Shown: positions 39,598 through 53,329, counted from the whole stretch's first letter. The stretch is 63,141 nt of DNA, filler included, from Choristocarpus tenellus KU-1152 (GCA_964200185.2; 13 parts of 13 records of this genome joined end to end with filler, not necessarily neighbours in it); one strand, 5' to 3'. Notes: a model not told the origin generated them from the letters alone. Numbers and translations are program-made.

Positions 39598-42500
39598 ATG
39601 GATGCTGTACTACAAACTCTTTCCTCCTTGCTTGTGGATGAACACGGACACGAGGGGGGGGGAGGTGAAAGGTATACATGGCACGATATTGCCACATGGT
39701 TCTTGGACGAGAAGCAAAAATTTGCTCGATTGGCAGAAACCCTGTGTGATGTATTCTCCAGGGAGAAAACAGCCTCATCAACAGACCATCAGATCAAAGC
39801 CTTTGTCAATGCCATCAAGAACGACCTGAACACAGAGCACACCCGTCAAGTGCACAACTCCGTCCTCGCAGGCATTGCACCAGACGTGTGTCTCCTAGAA
39901 GATGGGATCACCACAACGTACGAACCGACCCTGTCTAGGCAAGCGAAGAGATGCAAGATTAAGAAAGAAACACTAAGGTCTTTTGCGCACAAGAGGGCCC
40001 TCTTCTTACAGGATCACGAGAATCGAGAGGGGGAGAGACGGGAACCAGCGATTCTTTCAACAACGTATGGCGCTACAACCTCCGCATCTGCGCCTAGCGC
40101 CCACAGCCCAACAACAAGTCTTGACAAACGGGGGGTCTCAACTACAAGCCCTCGGTCCACATCGCCTCGTCCCAGATGCAACATGGGGTGTCTGTGATGA
40201 TTGAATATTAGCTCATTACGAATTCCTTAGGACTTCCATCCCGAAATTTGGGCAGGCCAGTTTACCTATTTCCAACGATGACGCATCCCCCTCGTATACA
40301 CACGAACTTGGACAGGCCCAGGATATTTGAAACAAAGCGAGACAACTCTTCCTGCTTTTTCGAGAACAAGCATTCGGAAACCCACCTCCTTGCCCTGAAT
40401 ATACGGGAGACCAACAGCAAGCCCATGCCCTACGATCCAATCTGGAAACACGATGACGCTACGGGCATGCACTATCTGGACCCCGCACCAACAAGAGAGT
40501 CTGCCATCCAAACATTCGCTGCCAACAACACGCTCAGAGATACTGTCGCCTACAAGTGTACAGAGTGTGTTCGCCGCTTCTTATTTTCGCATGCTCCCGA
40601 ACGAATTAACGTCCCACGCCTCAAACATTAAACTGTCGTCTCCTCAATTCTCTCCCCTCCTCTCCAACAATGACAGAACACAGATCGGGACAGATAAGGA
40701 GGTGTATGACAAATTCAAGGAGAGGTTGGAGGTCCGGGGATTGAATGGAGGTACACCTTGTCAAAGCACCTTCATCAAGTGGAGACCCTTCTACATCACC
40801 AAGGCCACCATGAGGTGACAAAAAAATGTTATATTGCCACCCCCTTGCATGACATAGAATAAACCCTGGGACATTCGACACCACCACAAAACAGCTTAAA
40901 ACGTAATTCGTGGGTTGCCTCCACAACGACTTGCAACCCAACTCCCCACACACCTTCACATCGTTCAACTGCCATGCAGGTCCTGTGTTTGTGTGCATCA
41001 CCTGTTAACAGAAAGTCTTATCACATGCTTGAGGAACAAGAGGGAGAAAGTACACAAAAACATGATGCAAGAGGGAGACAAGGCGACATGCTCATGTGAC
41101 TGTGACTTCTGTCGAAATGGGGATGTGTGCCAATCTGTACAGGTTCAGACTGCCCTCGAGAGTCCTTCGAACATGATGAAGTTCCTATTATGAGTCGGCT
41201 CAATCCACTATATACTTGTGAAAATATTAGCTACTATCTCTGCACATCCCCTTCTTTACTCCACTATTCCTTATAGCGTTTCTTTGCCTTTTCGTACTCG
41301 TTTACATCCCTGGTTTCATCATGAATGTGGCTGACAAACATATCATCCACTACATCCAATGCACTTGTCCTCCCCACCCAGATGCAAGAGGGCGAATCTC
41401 GAAGGGGTTGGAACAGAGACTGTGGGTGAGGAGGGAGGATACGCGACCTCTTGCATAAATGTCAAATGTCCCCGCATGGTCGAATTTCACTCCATTATTG
41501 TAACCTGGAACGGGTTCATCAGTGCATACACCCCTATTGTGGAGAGCGAGCTTGAAGGAATGTCGCATAACGAGATCAACGTGAATGCGGACCCTGTATG
41601 GTTTGTAAACAAGGTCGCAAATCCTGTATACACAGTTTCCAAGGACTTGATTTATACAAACCCCTTCTTTCTTAGAGAAACAGGCTACACCCACACAGGC
41701 GCCCACTCCGTAAATTCAACCATCCCTTCATTCTTTGCCCATGTTCTTCCTTTTCTCTGCAGGCTCTCTCGGGTCGACTAGCTCTACGTGCACCCAGAGG
41801 GGCCACAAAGCAGGAGATGATTGATAGGATAAGGACAAGTATGCAGAGTATAGGGCAAAGGATTTTATGTCTGACGATTTCATCGCAGCCAGCTGCATGC
41901 CTGGAGATACCTCTCCGCACGGTGAAGATCTTGGTGAGGATGACAACATCCCAACGACCAGAACCAACAACCACAAGAAGAAGCGCAAGGTGATGACTCC
42001 GCAATCCCCACAAGTATCCAAAAGAAGAGCATCCCCCACTCACTGCAAACAAGGCTCTGTGTTGTGGCTGATCACTAATGTGTCATGGCTCTCTTCTTAC
42101 CGGTTCTACTCCCGAGGACAGAGACGTTTCCAACACTTGTTGGAGTCATCTTCAAAAACTTCGACAAGAACTTCTTCCTACATCATAATACCAGCGGTTG
42201 GCAGGCCCGCCACTACAAGCAGTCCATAGCCCGTCTACGTCCCGGGCAGGCTGTACTCGTGGTAGACTTCCAATCCCAATACAGTCACGGTCACCAGGAC
42301 TTGACCCAACAGGAGTTCTTCAACCTTTTCCTGACTGCAGTGTTCCCCGCTGCCGTGTGGATGAAGGACTTCAGGAGAGGAGGCCACGGAGGGGGACGGA
42401 CGTGGGCGCACAGCTTTGTGTTCTTAAGTCAAGACACCAGCCAGGACAATGAGTTTGTGCAGCACGTTCTGGAGAAGCTCATCAACGAGTTCTTGAAGCC

Positions 42501-43364
42501 AATGGCTCGGGAGTATGGACAGGAACTGCGGGTCCTCCACATCTGGACCGACGAATGCGGGAGCCAGTTCAAGAACAGGTGGCAGATGGAGTGGGTCTCG
42601 AAGGCCTTTGGAAGGCATGAGATCGCAGTCATCCACAATTTCTTTGCGTCGTTTCACGGGAAGTCCCTGTCGGATGCGATTGGGGCTGTGGTTAAGCCGA
42701 ATGCCAGGCTGCTTGAGCGCAACGGAGTGAGGATGCCGGGCACATCATCCTTGGTGGAGACGCTCAAAGCTTCCTCAACAGATTTCTGCTTGACCTTGCC
42801 CACACCGGAGGAAAATGAGCAATTGTGGAAGGAGTCCAAGGTTCCTCCAGCGCATGCTGTTGCTGCGAAGGTCAGTACCTTGTAAAAGTATCTAACCCTC
42901 TAACCTCCTGTGTCTGGACCCCTCCACCCTAAGCCAAAATCCCATTGGTTTGTTTGGTGTAAAGCATTCACATTCGAGTACTACTACTTTTTAAATTCAT
43001 GACATATCATCATTTTCTCTTTCGATTTTACTCCTAAATTCACCAACATTGAATCATAGATTTGGATCAAGTGTTGAATTCTCACAAACCCATGTGACAG
43101 CCTATGCCCAGGTGTGGACTGTCAAGGATGGCAGGAAGCACAGGGAGATACGAGCAATGCTTCTCGCGCCAAACACGCTCAGGAAGCAGACCATTGTTCA
43201 TGATCCCCCTCACGAAGTGAACCACATCGGACGACATGACCCACGCGTACCCCTCATTCCAGACATCAAGTCCATGCACAGGCTTATCACCCAACCGTGT
43301 TTGGATGGTGGCTCTCCTTCCGTGGTCTACACCGAGAGGTCGTGTTACTGCACAAGTTGCACGG
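39598..43364 (+). CDS. Sola2-like DDD transposase, intron-containing, probably partly degenerate, 3' truncated
   Basis: Core ORF 42085-42885 has VVDFQSQY...QQEFF, FLSQDTSQD, IWTDECGSQFKN and HNFFASFHGKSLSDAIGAVVK (catalytic D, D, D). Upstream, EVYDKFK...STFIKWRP is spliced (40814|40980) to SCVCVHH. Downstream ERSCYCTSC. Confidence 0.85.
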
Positions 43365-45387
43365 NNNNNNNNNNNNNNNNNNNNNNNNNNNNNNNNNNNN
43401 NNNNNNNNTTAATTAATTAANNNNNNNNNNNNNNNNNNNNNNNNNNNNNNNNNNNNNNNNNNNNTGCGGCACTGGTGGGTGTGGGGGGGGGTGTGTGGTG
43501 GGGGGGGGGGGGGGTGGGGGGGGGGGGGGGGGGGGGTTGCTGTCTGTATCCGACTCCGCATTTTATAACCAAGTGTGATTTTTATCTGTCAAGAAGATGA
43601 GGTGTTTAATTAAGCTCTCGTGGTTATCATAGTCTGAGAGGCGTTATTTTATCACTGTATGAACCTACGCCTTGATCAACTGATACATGACATAACATGA
43701 ACATGAACATGAACATGAACATGAACATCCCAGTGTCCATTTCATTTGTGTTCAGTCTGCATATACAATATATATATATATATATATTTATCCATCGGGA
43801 ACCTCTTTGATTGACAGGGAACGTGCTGGAACCATGTATGTAGTCTTGATCATGATCATGGTCATGGTCATGGTCATGGTCATTGTCATTGTTTTGACAA
43901 TCCGATTATTGGCACCTCGAAGACCTCTTTTTGTCTTGTGGGATAAATAATTATTAGTGCTTGAGATCAAGTGTTTTTTACTTACCTGATAAGCATTATG
44001 CTTGATAGGTTTTTTGGTTATCAACCTTGGCTAACTGTTTTGCGCACTTGTTAAGAACAGAGGCATGGTATTTTTATTATTTTCAATGGGGGACACCCCC
44101 CCCCTTTGGTGTACATCTCGTTATCTTCTTGCTTGGACATTAATTTCACATTATTGAGTGCTGCCTTTTTAGCAAACAATAAATTGATTGAAATGTTTAC
44201 TATTTTATTAGATGGAATCGTTTTTTGTGACTGTTCTTTGCTGGGGTGCTGGTTGTCCCTTGCAGGTTGTGGCATTGGATGTCAACATACCCTTTCACCC
44301 TCTAAATTCTTGGACTTCTTCTTCAAGGGGGGGCTTAAATGGTTTTGTGCATGGCAGCTATCAGGTGTGTGCGAGGGGAAGGGAGGGGAGGGGAGGGGCT
44401 GCTTTGGCTTGTGATTGGTCTTGGAGAATGGGATTGGTTGTGTTGCCATGGACCAACATGAATATAGCACATATTGATGGCAGAGAGGTTGGGCTCTGTA
44501 CATAGTTAGGGTTACTCATTTACACTTGTTGAGTACTCAAAAGCACATACAATAAAAGATGCATCTGGTTTTGGTTAAGACAAATCCTTGACTGATACTT
44601 CATGGCCTCTGCCACCTGTAATGCTTTTTGATGCCATTATGTATGTATTTTGTATGTATACTGGGGTGTATATAGCATCTTGAGCTGGCTTGTCAAATAC
44701 TTTTCAAATCAAAGAGTCCGTTACTACTTCAGAAGTGACATAAAATTATCTGACTTGATAACCTCCATCAAACTACTGCATTCCCTTACCTTGCCCAGGG
44801 GGTGTTTTTTCATAGATCGGAGTCCATGTACTCTAAAATCGTTACTCGAGAGTTTATCGTAACATTCGAAATTGTGGATAACCGTCCAGTGGTTCCTCAT
44901 GGTGATCACCAGAGACTTTTCAAGGTGCGATGACCTCTCTGGACAGATTTTTCTGGGATGGGGCTTCCATTGTTCTAGTGTGGGAACAGCTTATCCCTTG
45001 AATTTTGTTCAAATGGGAAACTCCACTGAACTTTGAGTCATAGCATCCTAGTGGAAGGGGGATCTGTTTATTGCCCATTTGATTTGATTGGAAGGGGCTT
45101 CTAAGACCCTGTGCCTGATACCCCTTTTCCATTCCTAACCCTAACCCTAACCCCCCAGACTGCTAAGAGCATATGCTGTTAGAGCATTTTCGTTTCATCT
45201 TGACATAAAATCATTTAATCTGAACTGTAACTAATAGAATATAGCCAAACCGTATAGACTGATAACTTATTTCATATAGACTCTCACTGTAGAAGCATGT
45301 CATCAGGGTTTGTCTTGATGTGTGTGCGCATGATACTGCATTGCCTGAAGTGGCTATCGTTTCCTCCTTGCATGTATGTATGTATAG

Positions 45388-45663
45388 GTCACCTTGTCAC
45401 TTGGCAACATCATCATTATGACAAAGAACTACAGTACGCCTGGGGTGTATGATGAAAAGATCACTTTCCCGGGGCCTCAACAAGGGTTGTTGAAGATCGA
45501 GATGGTGAACAACCAGGCTCAGCACTTCGAGGACAGCATTTCTGTGGGATACAACACCGAGTTTTTTGCACCTCTGAAATGGATCCTTGTGGTTCCATTG
45601 ACAGTTTCGGTGACTCCACTCCTTTGGATGAAACGGACTTCCTCAAGGCCTCTTCCGGCATGA
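45388..45663 (+). CDS. Last exon of a DEX1-like (FG-GAP repeat) membrane protein
   Basis: TATAG|GTC... acceptor. YSTPGVY...LKIEMVNNQAQHFEDSISVGYN...LKWILVVPL...RPLPA* parallels the DEX1 C-terminus (PG-Y, VEM...FSD...LKWLLVLP, PLP). Confidence 0.75.
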   Translation, partial: VTLSLGNIIIMTKNYSTPGVYDEKITFPGPQQGLLKIEMVNNQAQHFEDSISVGYNTEFFAPLKWILVVPLTVSVTPLLWMKRTSSRPLPA

Positions 45664-46728
45664 GGCCTGACCATTTGCAGTGATTGGTCTCTTGTTCTGA
45701 AGTCCTCTTATCTCGTTGTTGACATCAGTGTGCAAGAGTAATGCCATTGGTGGAGCTGGGTCGAGAAATCAAATGCTGATTACTGATTTCGCAACTCACC
45801 ACACAGTACAATAGACGGATTTTTCTCAAGTACTGTAAGCGATAACCATCGTCATACCTTTTCCCACCTGGAAGTGTGTTATGTTATACATGAAAGGAAA
45901 TGGGAGCTCTAATAACCCTGATATAAGGGACCCCACAAATTGTATATTTTGTCTGAGAGGGTAGTATTAGCCTGTCTCTGGGGTGGATGCAGAAGTATAA
46001 TAGATGTCTTGCATTAAGTGTCAAATTTTCTTGATAGGTCAAGCTCAACAATGGAATGCATGCATTATTAGGAAAGTGATAGGGTCGTATGCACGAGCAA
46101 AAATACCAGGTAACAGACTCGCTCGTTGTACATACATGTGGTTCCCATGTCTCGTGGAAGGGTCGAAATGAAAGTATTTGGTTGAGCCATGTATGTGTTC
46201 TTGGTTGGAAAAAACATTTCGGAGAAACGATGGAATCAAGCAATACGCAAACAAAAGCAATCCTGAAGATACATTGATACTGTTGTTATTATCCTTATTA
46301 TTTCTACTACTATTATTATATTATTGTATCATAAATATTTGTTGTTCAAACTGTATACTGCGTTGGAGTACTAAGTAGCAGTGGACGTGTACAACACGTT
46401 GTGAGCAAAACAGGAGGGCTAGGATGGATTGGAGTAGTGACGACTGGGATATAATCTGAGAGGATTACATGAACAAACAGGGGATCCTCAAAATTGAGGA
46501 AGGCGCGGGACTATGAGGATGGTTGTTTTGCGNNNNNNNNNNNNNNNNNNNNNNNNNNNNNNNNNNNNNNNNNNNNTTAATTAATTAANNNNNNNNNNNN
46601 NNNNNNNNNNNNNNNNNNNNNNNNNNNNNNNNTACATCAAAATTGCAACATTGGATATTGGCCCCCAAATGGACGCGGCTCTACCCTCTAAGATACTTTG
46701 ACTCTCATGGTTCATGTTGCTGTGTAAG

Positions 46729-49616
46729 TGTTACAGGCGCCCCAGAAAGCTTACCTCCACAGGACGTATAGCTCCAATCTACGGGCCTGTAGATGATACT
46801 GATGTACGTATAGGATTCCTGATGCACAAGTCAAGTATGCTCGATCTCTCACTTGAATTATCATCATTATCATCGTATGTATAAGAAAGGAACTGATCAA
46901 CGATGTCTTACCACAATTGGGGACCATAATGACCGAATAATAAATAAATAATCAAGAAGTACACATATATCAAATCTAGAACTTCGATGTCATAATGGTG
47001 TTTATGAAACCGCCATCAAGACATATCGCCTGTAACATGCCCCCCTAGCATTAAGCATAACTGCTCCAATGCGATAAACAGGCGATTGGACAAGGAAATA
47101 TAATGTCATTCCTAACCCTATCATGAACGCAGCAGAAATGAAATTAATGTCACTTCCAGGTCCTAACATATCAATAGGCAGCGTTGGGGATCCAGCGGAG
47201 AAGGAAACCTGGAGGGAAAACCCCCTTCCAACGTTTGCCCAGACAACAGATACGTTAGCGCGACACTCCCACCTCACGGCACTCACTCTGCATTTGACTC
47301 AACGTTCAAAAGAAAAATTCCTATACCAGAGTTTCATACACACCTCAAAAGTAGGGTACTGTCTAGAAAGACTCTACCCCTTCCAAGATAAACAAACACA
47401 AATACAGACACAAAATCATAGTAAAACTCCTACACCAGAGCCTCATATACACATCAAAAGTAGGGTGCTGTCTAAAAAGACTCTACCCCTTCCAAGAAAA
47501 ACAAACACAAATACAGACACAAAACCATAGTAGCACTGAACTTGGGTATTGCCATGGACTCTCCCCTTTCAAAACTAGAACACAGAAACGACAGGACACT
47601 AAGACCATGACTCACAGTCACAAAAGAGATTGGNNNNNNNNNNCATCTCAGCAAGTCTCTCCCTCTTCACAACTATCAGCAAAAATAAATACAGGCACAA
47701 AATTACAATAGCACTGAAATAAGGTAACTGCTTAGACTGTCCCCCTTCACAGCTATAAACACAAATTATTGGACACCAAGATGTCTCAGAGTCACAAACT
47801 AAAACAAGGTCCTGCTATATAAAGGCTTGCTCAACAAATAAACAAAGGACATACAAACAAAAGACTCAGAAAAATAGGGAGTGTCATAGTAAGACTCGCC
47901 TGCTTCAGAAATATCAACACAAATGAATATGGATGCAAAATTACAATAGCACTGAAATAGGGTGTTGTCATAGACTCTCCCCCCTCAGAACTAAACACAA
48001 ACAACTATAAGACACCCACACAAATGCCTCACAGTCGCATAGAGGTGGGGTGCTGCCATGTAAAGGCTTACCTTCTGTAGGAACTGTGAACATACAAACA
48101 AACAAGACAAGCGTCTTCCAATATCATCAAAATAGGGAGTGTCATAGCAAGACTCTCCTGCTTCAGAACTATCAACACAAACAAGTACAAGACACAAGAA
48201 TAATCTTTCGACAAACACAGACAAAATGTCTAGCAATAACATAAAAATCTGTAAGTCATAGCAAGACTTTTCACACTGGTTAGAGTGCGACAAGGCAGAC
48301 ATGCTATTCGCCTGTAAAATGCCCCCCAGTGTGAACTAGGAATACATGTTTCACGCTTACCACAGGCGATTGTGACGGATCAAGACAATAGGTATCATCC
48401 AAACGCAACTGTGTTTCCACTTCTCTGTGCCGACGTACCGTAATCCGACATTACCCCCGAAATGGCCTTAGTGAGACAAATATGGGTGGAGTAAAATCTC
48501 TGATTCGACAATGACGTCTAGGTGAACGGGAGCGGTCTCTGTGTTCTTCTTTGGTCCTCCTTGTGTTTTGTTGAGAGTGCCTGTGCCGGGATCTCGACCT
48601 GGAGTGGGATTTGCCACGAGTGGAAGACCTAAAACGAACGCGTTCTCTACACCTGCCTCGGCATTCAGTGGAGTGGACACGGTTGTTGCGATAAATTTTT
48701 TTGTGAGGTGTGATACTGGTCTGGGATATCTCCGAATCATTGATTCCCAGCGGAACCCTTGAAATAAAAGAACAGCGTGACACACAAAAAACAGATCGGG
48801 AATGTAAGTATACGAATGGCGAGGAAGAACTACCTTGGCAAAGTCTATACCATGGCGTTCAGAAATCACTCGCTTAAGACTATAGGTGGATGATTTGGCA
48901 GTCAGAGAACACTTGTTGTACAACTATAGAAGGATGATGGTTCCCTTGGAGCCACAGATGCTGTGCAAAATAGGACAATAGTGAGGTGTACCTTATTTTG
49001 TGTGTATGAGATTGTTGTGTTGAATCGAGTCCATGTCATGTAACTAATAAAATAGTACATCCAGATTATGTATGGAATTATGTATTGGTATATATTCTGC
49101 ATTCAACTAACTTTGACATGACCGTTGACTCAGATAGGAAGCACAAATAAATAATAAACAAGCAATTAGAAAACACCATACACAAAGGTCACTCTTCTAT
49201 ATTTCAACCATCCTTTCCTTTTTTCACGTTCAGCAAAGGGGGTCGTGTGAGGCTTCACACTCTCTTATCTTCACTACTGAGAAATAGCATTACCTCCCAA
49301 GGTAATTTGCACAGGTTATTATGAGCCTCACACGATTCCCCTTCGCACAGATGCCATCACACCCACAAAGACTACGAGGGCATGAAGAAGAAGACCCTGT
49401 AGACGACGAATGAAGACCACACCCCCAACCAGAAAAAAATAGAGAATCCAGGCAGACGTAGGGAGCTACAAGGAATCCTAAGTGTTGAGGTGGATACAGA
49501 GTATTCCCTCCAGTTTGAAGAGAGGCGGTAGGACCTCCATGTTACAGGCGCCCCCGAAAGCTTACCTCCACAGGATGTATAGCTCCAATCTACGGGCCTA
49601 TAGATGATGCTGATGT
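46729..49616 (-). mobile_element. Non-autonomous LTR retrotransposon (3' LTR 46729-47037; 5' LTR from 49540, cut by contig end)
   Basis: 309-bp LTR bounded by TGTTACAGGCG/CGCCTGTAACA, with a direct-repeat copy starting at 49540. On the minus strand the PBS TGGAGGTCCTACCG (49526-49539) abuts the 5' LTR and AGGGGGG precedes the 3' LTR. No pol; internal tandem repeats at about 47300-48250. Confidence 0.85.
49236..49343. mobile_element. 108-bp MITE derived from the Sola2-like element
   Basis: TIRs AAGGGGGTCGTGTGAGGCT / AGCCTCACACGATTCCCCTT; flanks AGCA / CGCA; 74 bp identical to 35327-35400. Confidence 0.8.
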
Positions 49617-50103
49617 NNNNNNNNNNNNNNNNNNNNNNNNNNNNNNNNNNNNNNNNNNNNTTAATTAATTAANNNNNNNNNNNNNNNNNNNNNNNNNNNN
49701 NNNNNNNNNNNNNNNNTGTGGGGGGTTTTTTTGGTTTGGGTGTAAAATTTTTTTATTTTTTTTTTGTGGTGGGGGGGGGGGGGGGGGGGTATGGCGGTGA
49801 GTTTGCAAGTTTCTGGGGAGTTGAGAGCGTAAAGGATGGTTGCATGGTGATGATGATGTTGATTGTGTTGGGGGGTTTGGGTGTTGAAGATACTAAAGCG
49901 GTGTTACAAGACGAATTACTTTGAAGTTGAAGTTGAAGTTGAAGTTGCATATTGACGCTGAAATGTTCTATGCAGATTTTTTTTGTGTACATGAGGTTCA
50001 TTGTGGTGTCCACTAGGGAATTGGGTATGTTTAAAGTATTTTTACACCATTATTATTATGGGTATCGTCATCACCACTATTGTTATTGTTGTTGTTGTTG
50101 TTC

Positions 50104-50135
<32 letters not shown>

Positions 50136-50366
50136 CCAGGGTTGTTGCGAAGGCTTCTTTTTTTGCAAAGGTAGAGAGTAGTACATGTAAACACCCACTC
50201 ACATGTATGTGTTGATGTTTTAGTGTCATCATTCTTTCTCTTGCCCCTGCTCTAGGCCTCTTTTATTTGCCCCCCCCCCTCTCCTCACACCTCATCAGCT
50301 GGCCTATTAGTCCTCCATCTGCTCTGTAACCCCAATCCTCACCTGTACGACTGTTGCTTTGAGCAG

Positions 50367-50471
50367 GAGCAACACCTGCTGCAGCTCTTCCTGGGGAACC
50401 CGCAATATCCTAAGCAGCTGATCTTCCACACCCTCAGGGATGGCGTAAAGGCCATCAACGGACACCAGGAG
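50367..50471 (+). CDS. Putative internal exon (105 nt) of an unidentified gene
   Basis: GAGCAG|...GAG|GTTGGA boundaries; EQHLLQLFLGNPQYPKQLIFHTLRDGVKAINGHQE; GC-richer than its flanks. Confidence 0.35.
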
Positions 50472-52710
50472 GTTGGAAAAGAGAAAATAAGATAATAACA
50501 AAGAAATATATATATATATTTATTTATTTTGTAGAGAAATTAAACAATATTTCTGCGCTGCATTGGGCGCAATTTTTTTTTTTTTTTTTTAACACGTATA
50601 ATTATTATCTCTTCACTTTTTGCTTACTGGTGTGGATAAGTGTAATTTCTTTTTTTGTTTTGTCTTTTTTTGTATAAAAAAAATAAGTAGTAATATTTTT
50701 TAGACGGTTATGGGTAGGTGTAAAGCTTTTTTTTGTTTTTGTTTTTTGTTGTAATGTGTGTGGGGCAGTGCTGGACTCAGGCGGTTCACTTTTATTGTGC
50801 CTGAGGAAGTGGGTGAATGGGAGGAAGTGCCTCTCTTCTCTGCATCTCTCTCTCTCTGTCTTCGCCTGTTTTGATGGGCACATAGCGTGTTCGGCCCCTT
50901 TATTGCAGGCTCTCGACCCGTCATCACTTGAACACTTGGTGCCCCATCCATACCAACCGCGCTCTCTCATCAGTAGCACCAGTTGCATTTTTTTATTAGC
51001 GCAGCGCGTGTGTTACGTCTGATCGACTGCGTTGGTAAGTGTGCGAGGATCTTGTAATAATGCGGAGGCGTTTCTTGCCCGATCGATGTGGGATAGGTGC
51101 ACGAGGTTCATTTGAGTTGAGTAACTTCGTTGCGTAGCAATGGTCTGCAGTGTGACGGATGCCCAGCTGTACCCGGGGGTAGTAGGGTTAGGGTCTTTTT
51201 TGGAGGTGATGTTACAGGCGCGTGCCCCTGATAGATTTGCATGTATTCTCGGTTTGAATGGAATTTTGATCACTCTTCACGTTCTACTACCTAATAGGGG
51301 GTGACCCCTCATACACAGAGTGTGTGAATCTGATTCCAGTTCATTGGTACATCAGTAAGTCTGTCTCTGGATGCTGCCAGTACCAACCCTCTTCGTGGTG
51401 CAAGGACTACCTTGCCAACGGCTCCTTATAAATGATCCTTGAAAATCAAAGTGGATTCCCCACAGATTCTTGAACTGGCTTGAACTGGCTCTTGGCTCAA
51501 AGTCACTACTACACCAGCTCTCCTTCCGTATCGCACATCTGCTCGCCATCATTCCTGTCTCGTGCGTTTTACGTCAGCGTGCACCGGCTCTCTTTATTGT
51601 GCGCGTCCTTTTTGCCAACCGCGGGCACGCCTCCGTGGTGTGATCCTTCAGCTCTGTCTTGTGCCGGCGGCAAGCGGCTCTTATCCTGTTGCATAACATT
51701 TTTTTTTGGTGTGTCCTTACTCTCACATTTCATGCGTCTGCTCGCTGTCTCGTGCGTTGTGCTTTCCAAGAATGATGTCCTGCTGCATGTTTTTTAATAC
51801 CGCACTCTTCTGCGGTATTAAACTTAGTATCGCCATATATATACATACATACATACTTCTTTTTTTTTATATGCAATGTATGTATATATACTTGTTTACC
51901 AGGCTGCAGGGCAGGCAGGCACAGCTGCAGTGAGTTGCACTGACCTGAGAAAGGGCATTGGTTGTGAGATGGTGGGTGTCACACAGGACACACCCATTGC
52001 GCCAAGCAAAGTGTGCAGTGATGGTCAGGTCTCTTGTCTCTCTGTTGAATACACGCACGCTGCGAGTGGCCTTGTCGCAGCTGGATGGGGGGGGGGACTT
52101 TATTGTTAATGTTATTGTTATTGTTGTTTCTAGTAGTAGTATTAATATCATTGTTATTGTTTCTATTAGTGATTTTATTTTTATTTTTATTATTATTATT
52201 GTTGTTGTTGATGCCGTTGATGCCGTTGATGCCGTTGAAGTGGCAGGAAGGGATATGGAGTAGAGTCGGACACCTTTTTCCCGAGTGCTTTTACTATATT
52301 TTTATTTGTTTTGTAACTGTATAGTTTCCGCAGTTGGAAGAAGTTCATGATGGGCAGTGGTGGTGCGTAGATAGCAGGGGACAGAGAGAGGGGGGTAATC
52401 TCAAACAATGGGGGTCTTTTTTTTTACAATTAAAAAATATAATGAAGGTTATCTATCAGGGGTGGGGGGGGGGGGGGGTAAAAACAAGGGGGGCCTGGGG
52501 CAGGGCGGTGGTTAAAAGNNNNNNNNNNNNNNNNNNNNNNNNNNNNNNNNNNNNNNNNNNNNTTAATTAATTAANNNNNNNNNNNNNNNNNNNNNNNNNN
52601 NNNNNNNNNNNNNNNNNNCCACACACAACAGAACCGCAACCCACCACTACAATGTCACAAAAAGGTACACCCTTCCCCCCCCCCGCCCCCCCCCAACTCA
52701 CTGTACTCAC

Positions 52711-52937
52711 ATGATGAACTTGTACCGGTTCCCATCTCCCTTGATCCGCAGGCAAAGCGCATCATACCCCGAGAGGTCCAGAGGAGGTTGGAGATTGCGT
52801 GTCCTAGCAGACACAAAACCGCCAGAGTTGGAGGTCTTCACTTCACCCGCGAAGACTGCACCCATATCAGAACCAACGCCTTCTTCTCCTGCCCCCGGTA
52901 CCATGCGAAGAGAGCTTTCAGACACGCCTCCCATGAC
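52711..52937 (-). CDS. Exon of a CIA30/NDUFAF1-domain protein (HCF173-like family)
   Basis: TTGCAG|VMGGVSESS...FAGEVKTSNSGGFVSARTRN...LDLSGYDALCLRIKGDGNRYKF|GTGAGT, the CIA30 signature motifs. Confidence 0.9.
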
Positions 52938-53329
52938 CTGCAAAATGTAGCAATGAAAGAGGGTACGAGTGAAAGAAGGTATCTTAGGGTTAGGGTACGA
53001 GTTTTGCCCCTGTTTTGTCCGTTTGGGGCTTGACTTCCCATGGATATTTTTTTTTAATGACATTTTCCTACTCCAAAATGTTTAGTGTTAGTTCAAATGT
53101 ATACGTTATGAAAAGGTGTGTCTGGAACAAGGATACCGACACTTTAACAAACACGATAGCCAAAATTACATCCAAATCGCAACATTGGATTTTGGCCCCC
53201 AAATGGATGCAGCCCTACCCTAACCCTAAGATAATTTGGCTCGGTAAGTATGCTTTCAGGGATTAGAAGAGGATCGCAGTATATTTTCACAGGAAGGGGT
53301 ACAATCATGGATGAACCTAGCACATCGGA

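Larger units (their letters stand above)
35327..43364. mobile_element. Sola2-type DNA transposon filling the whole contig (left terminus at contig start, right end missing)
   Basis: Transposase on the + strand. The first 74 bp are identical to the left end of a TIR-bounded MITE at 49241-49314. Confidence 0.75.

Noticed and set aside
50307-50501. Minus-strand ORF as an exon
   Set aside because: It has no suitable acceptor; the plus-strand reading has better splice sites.
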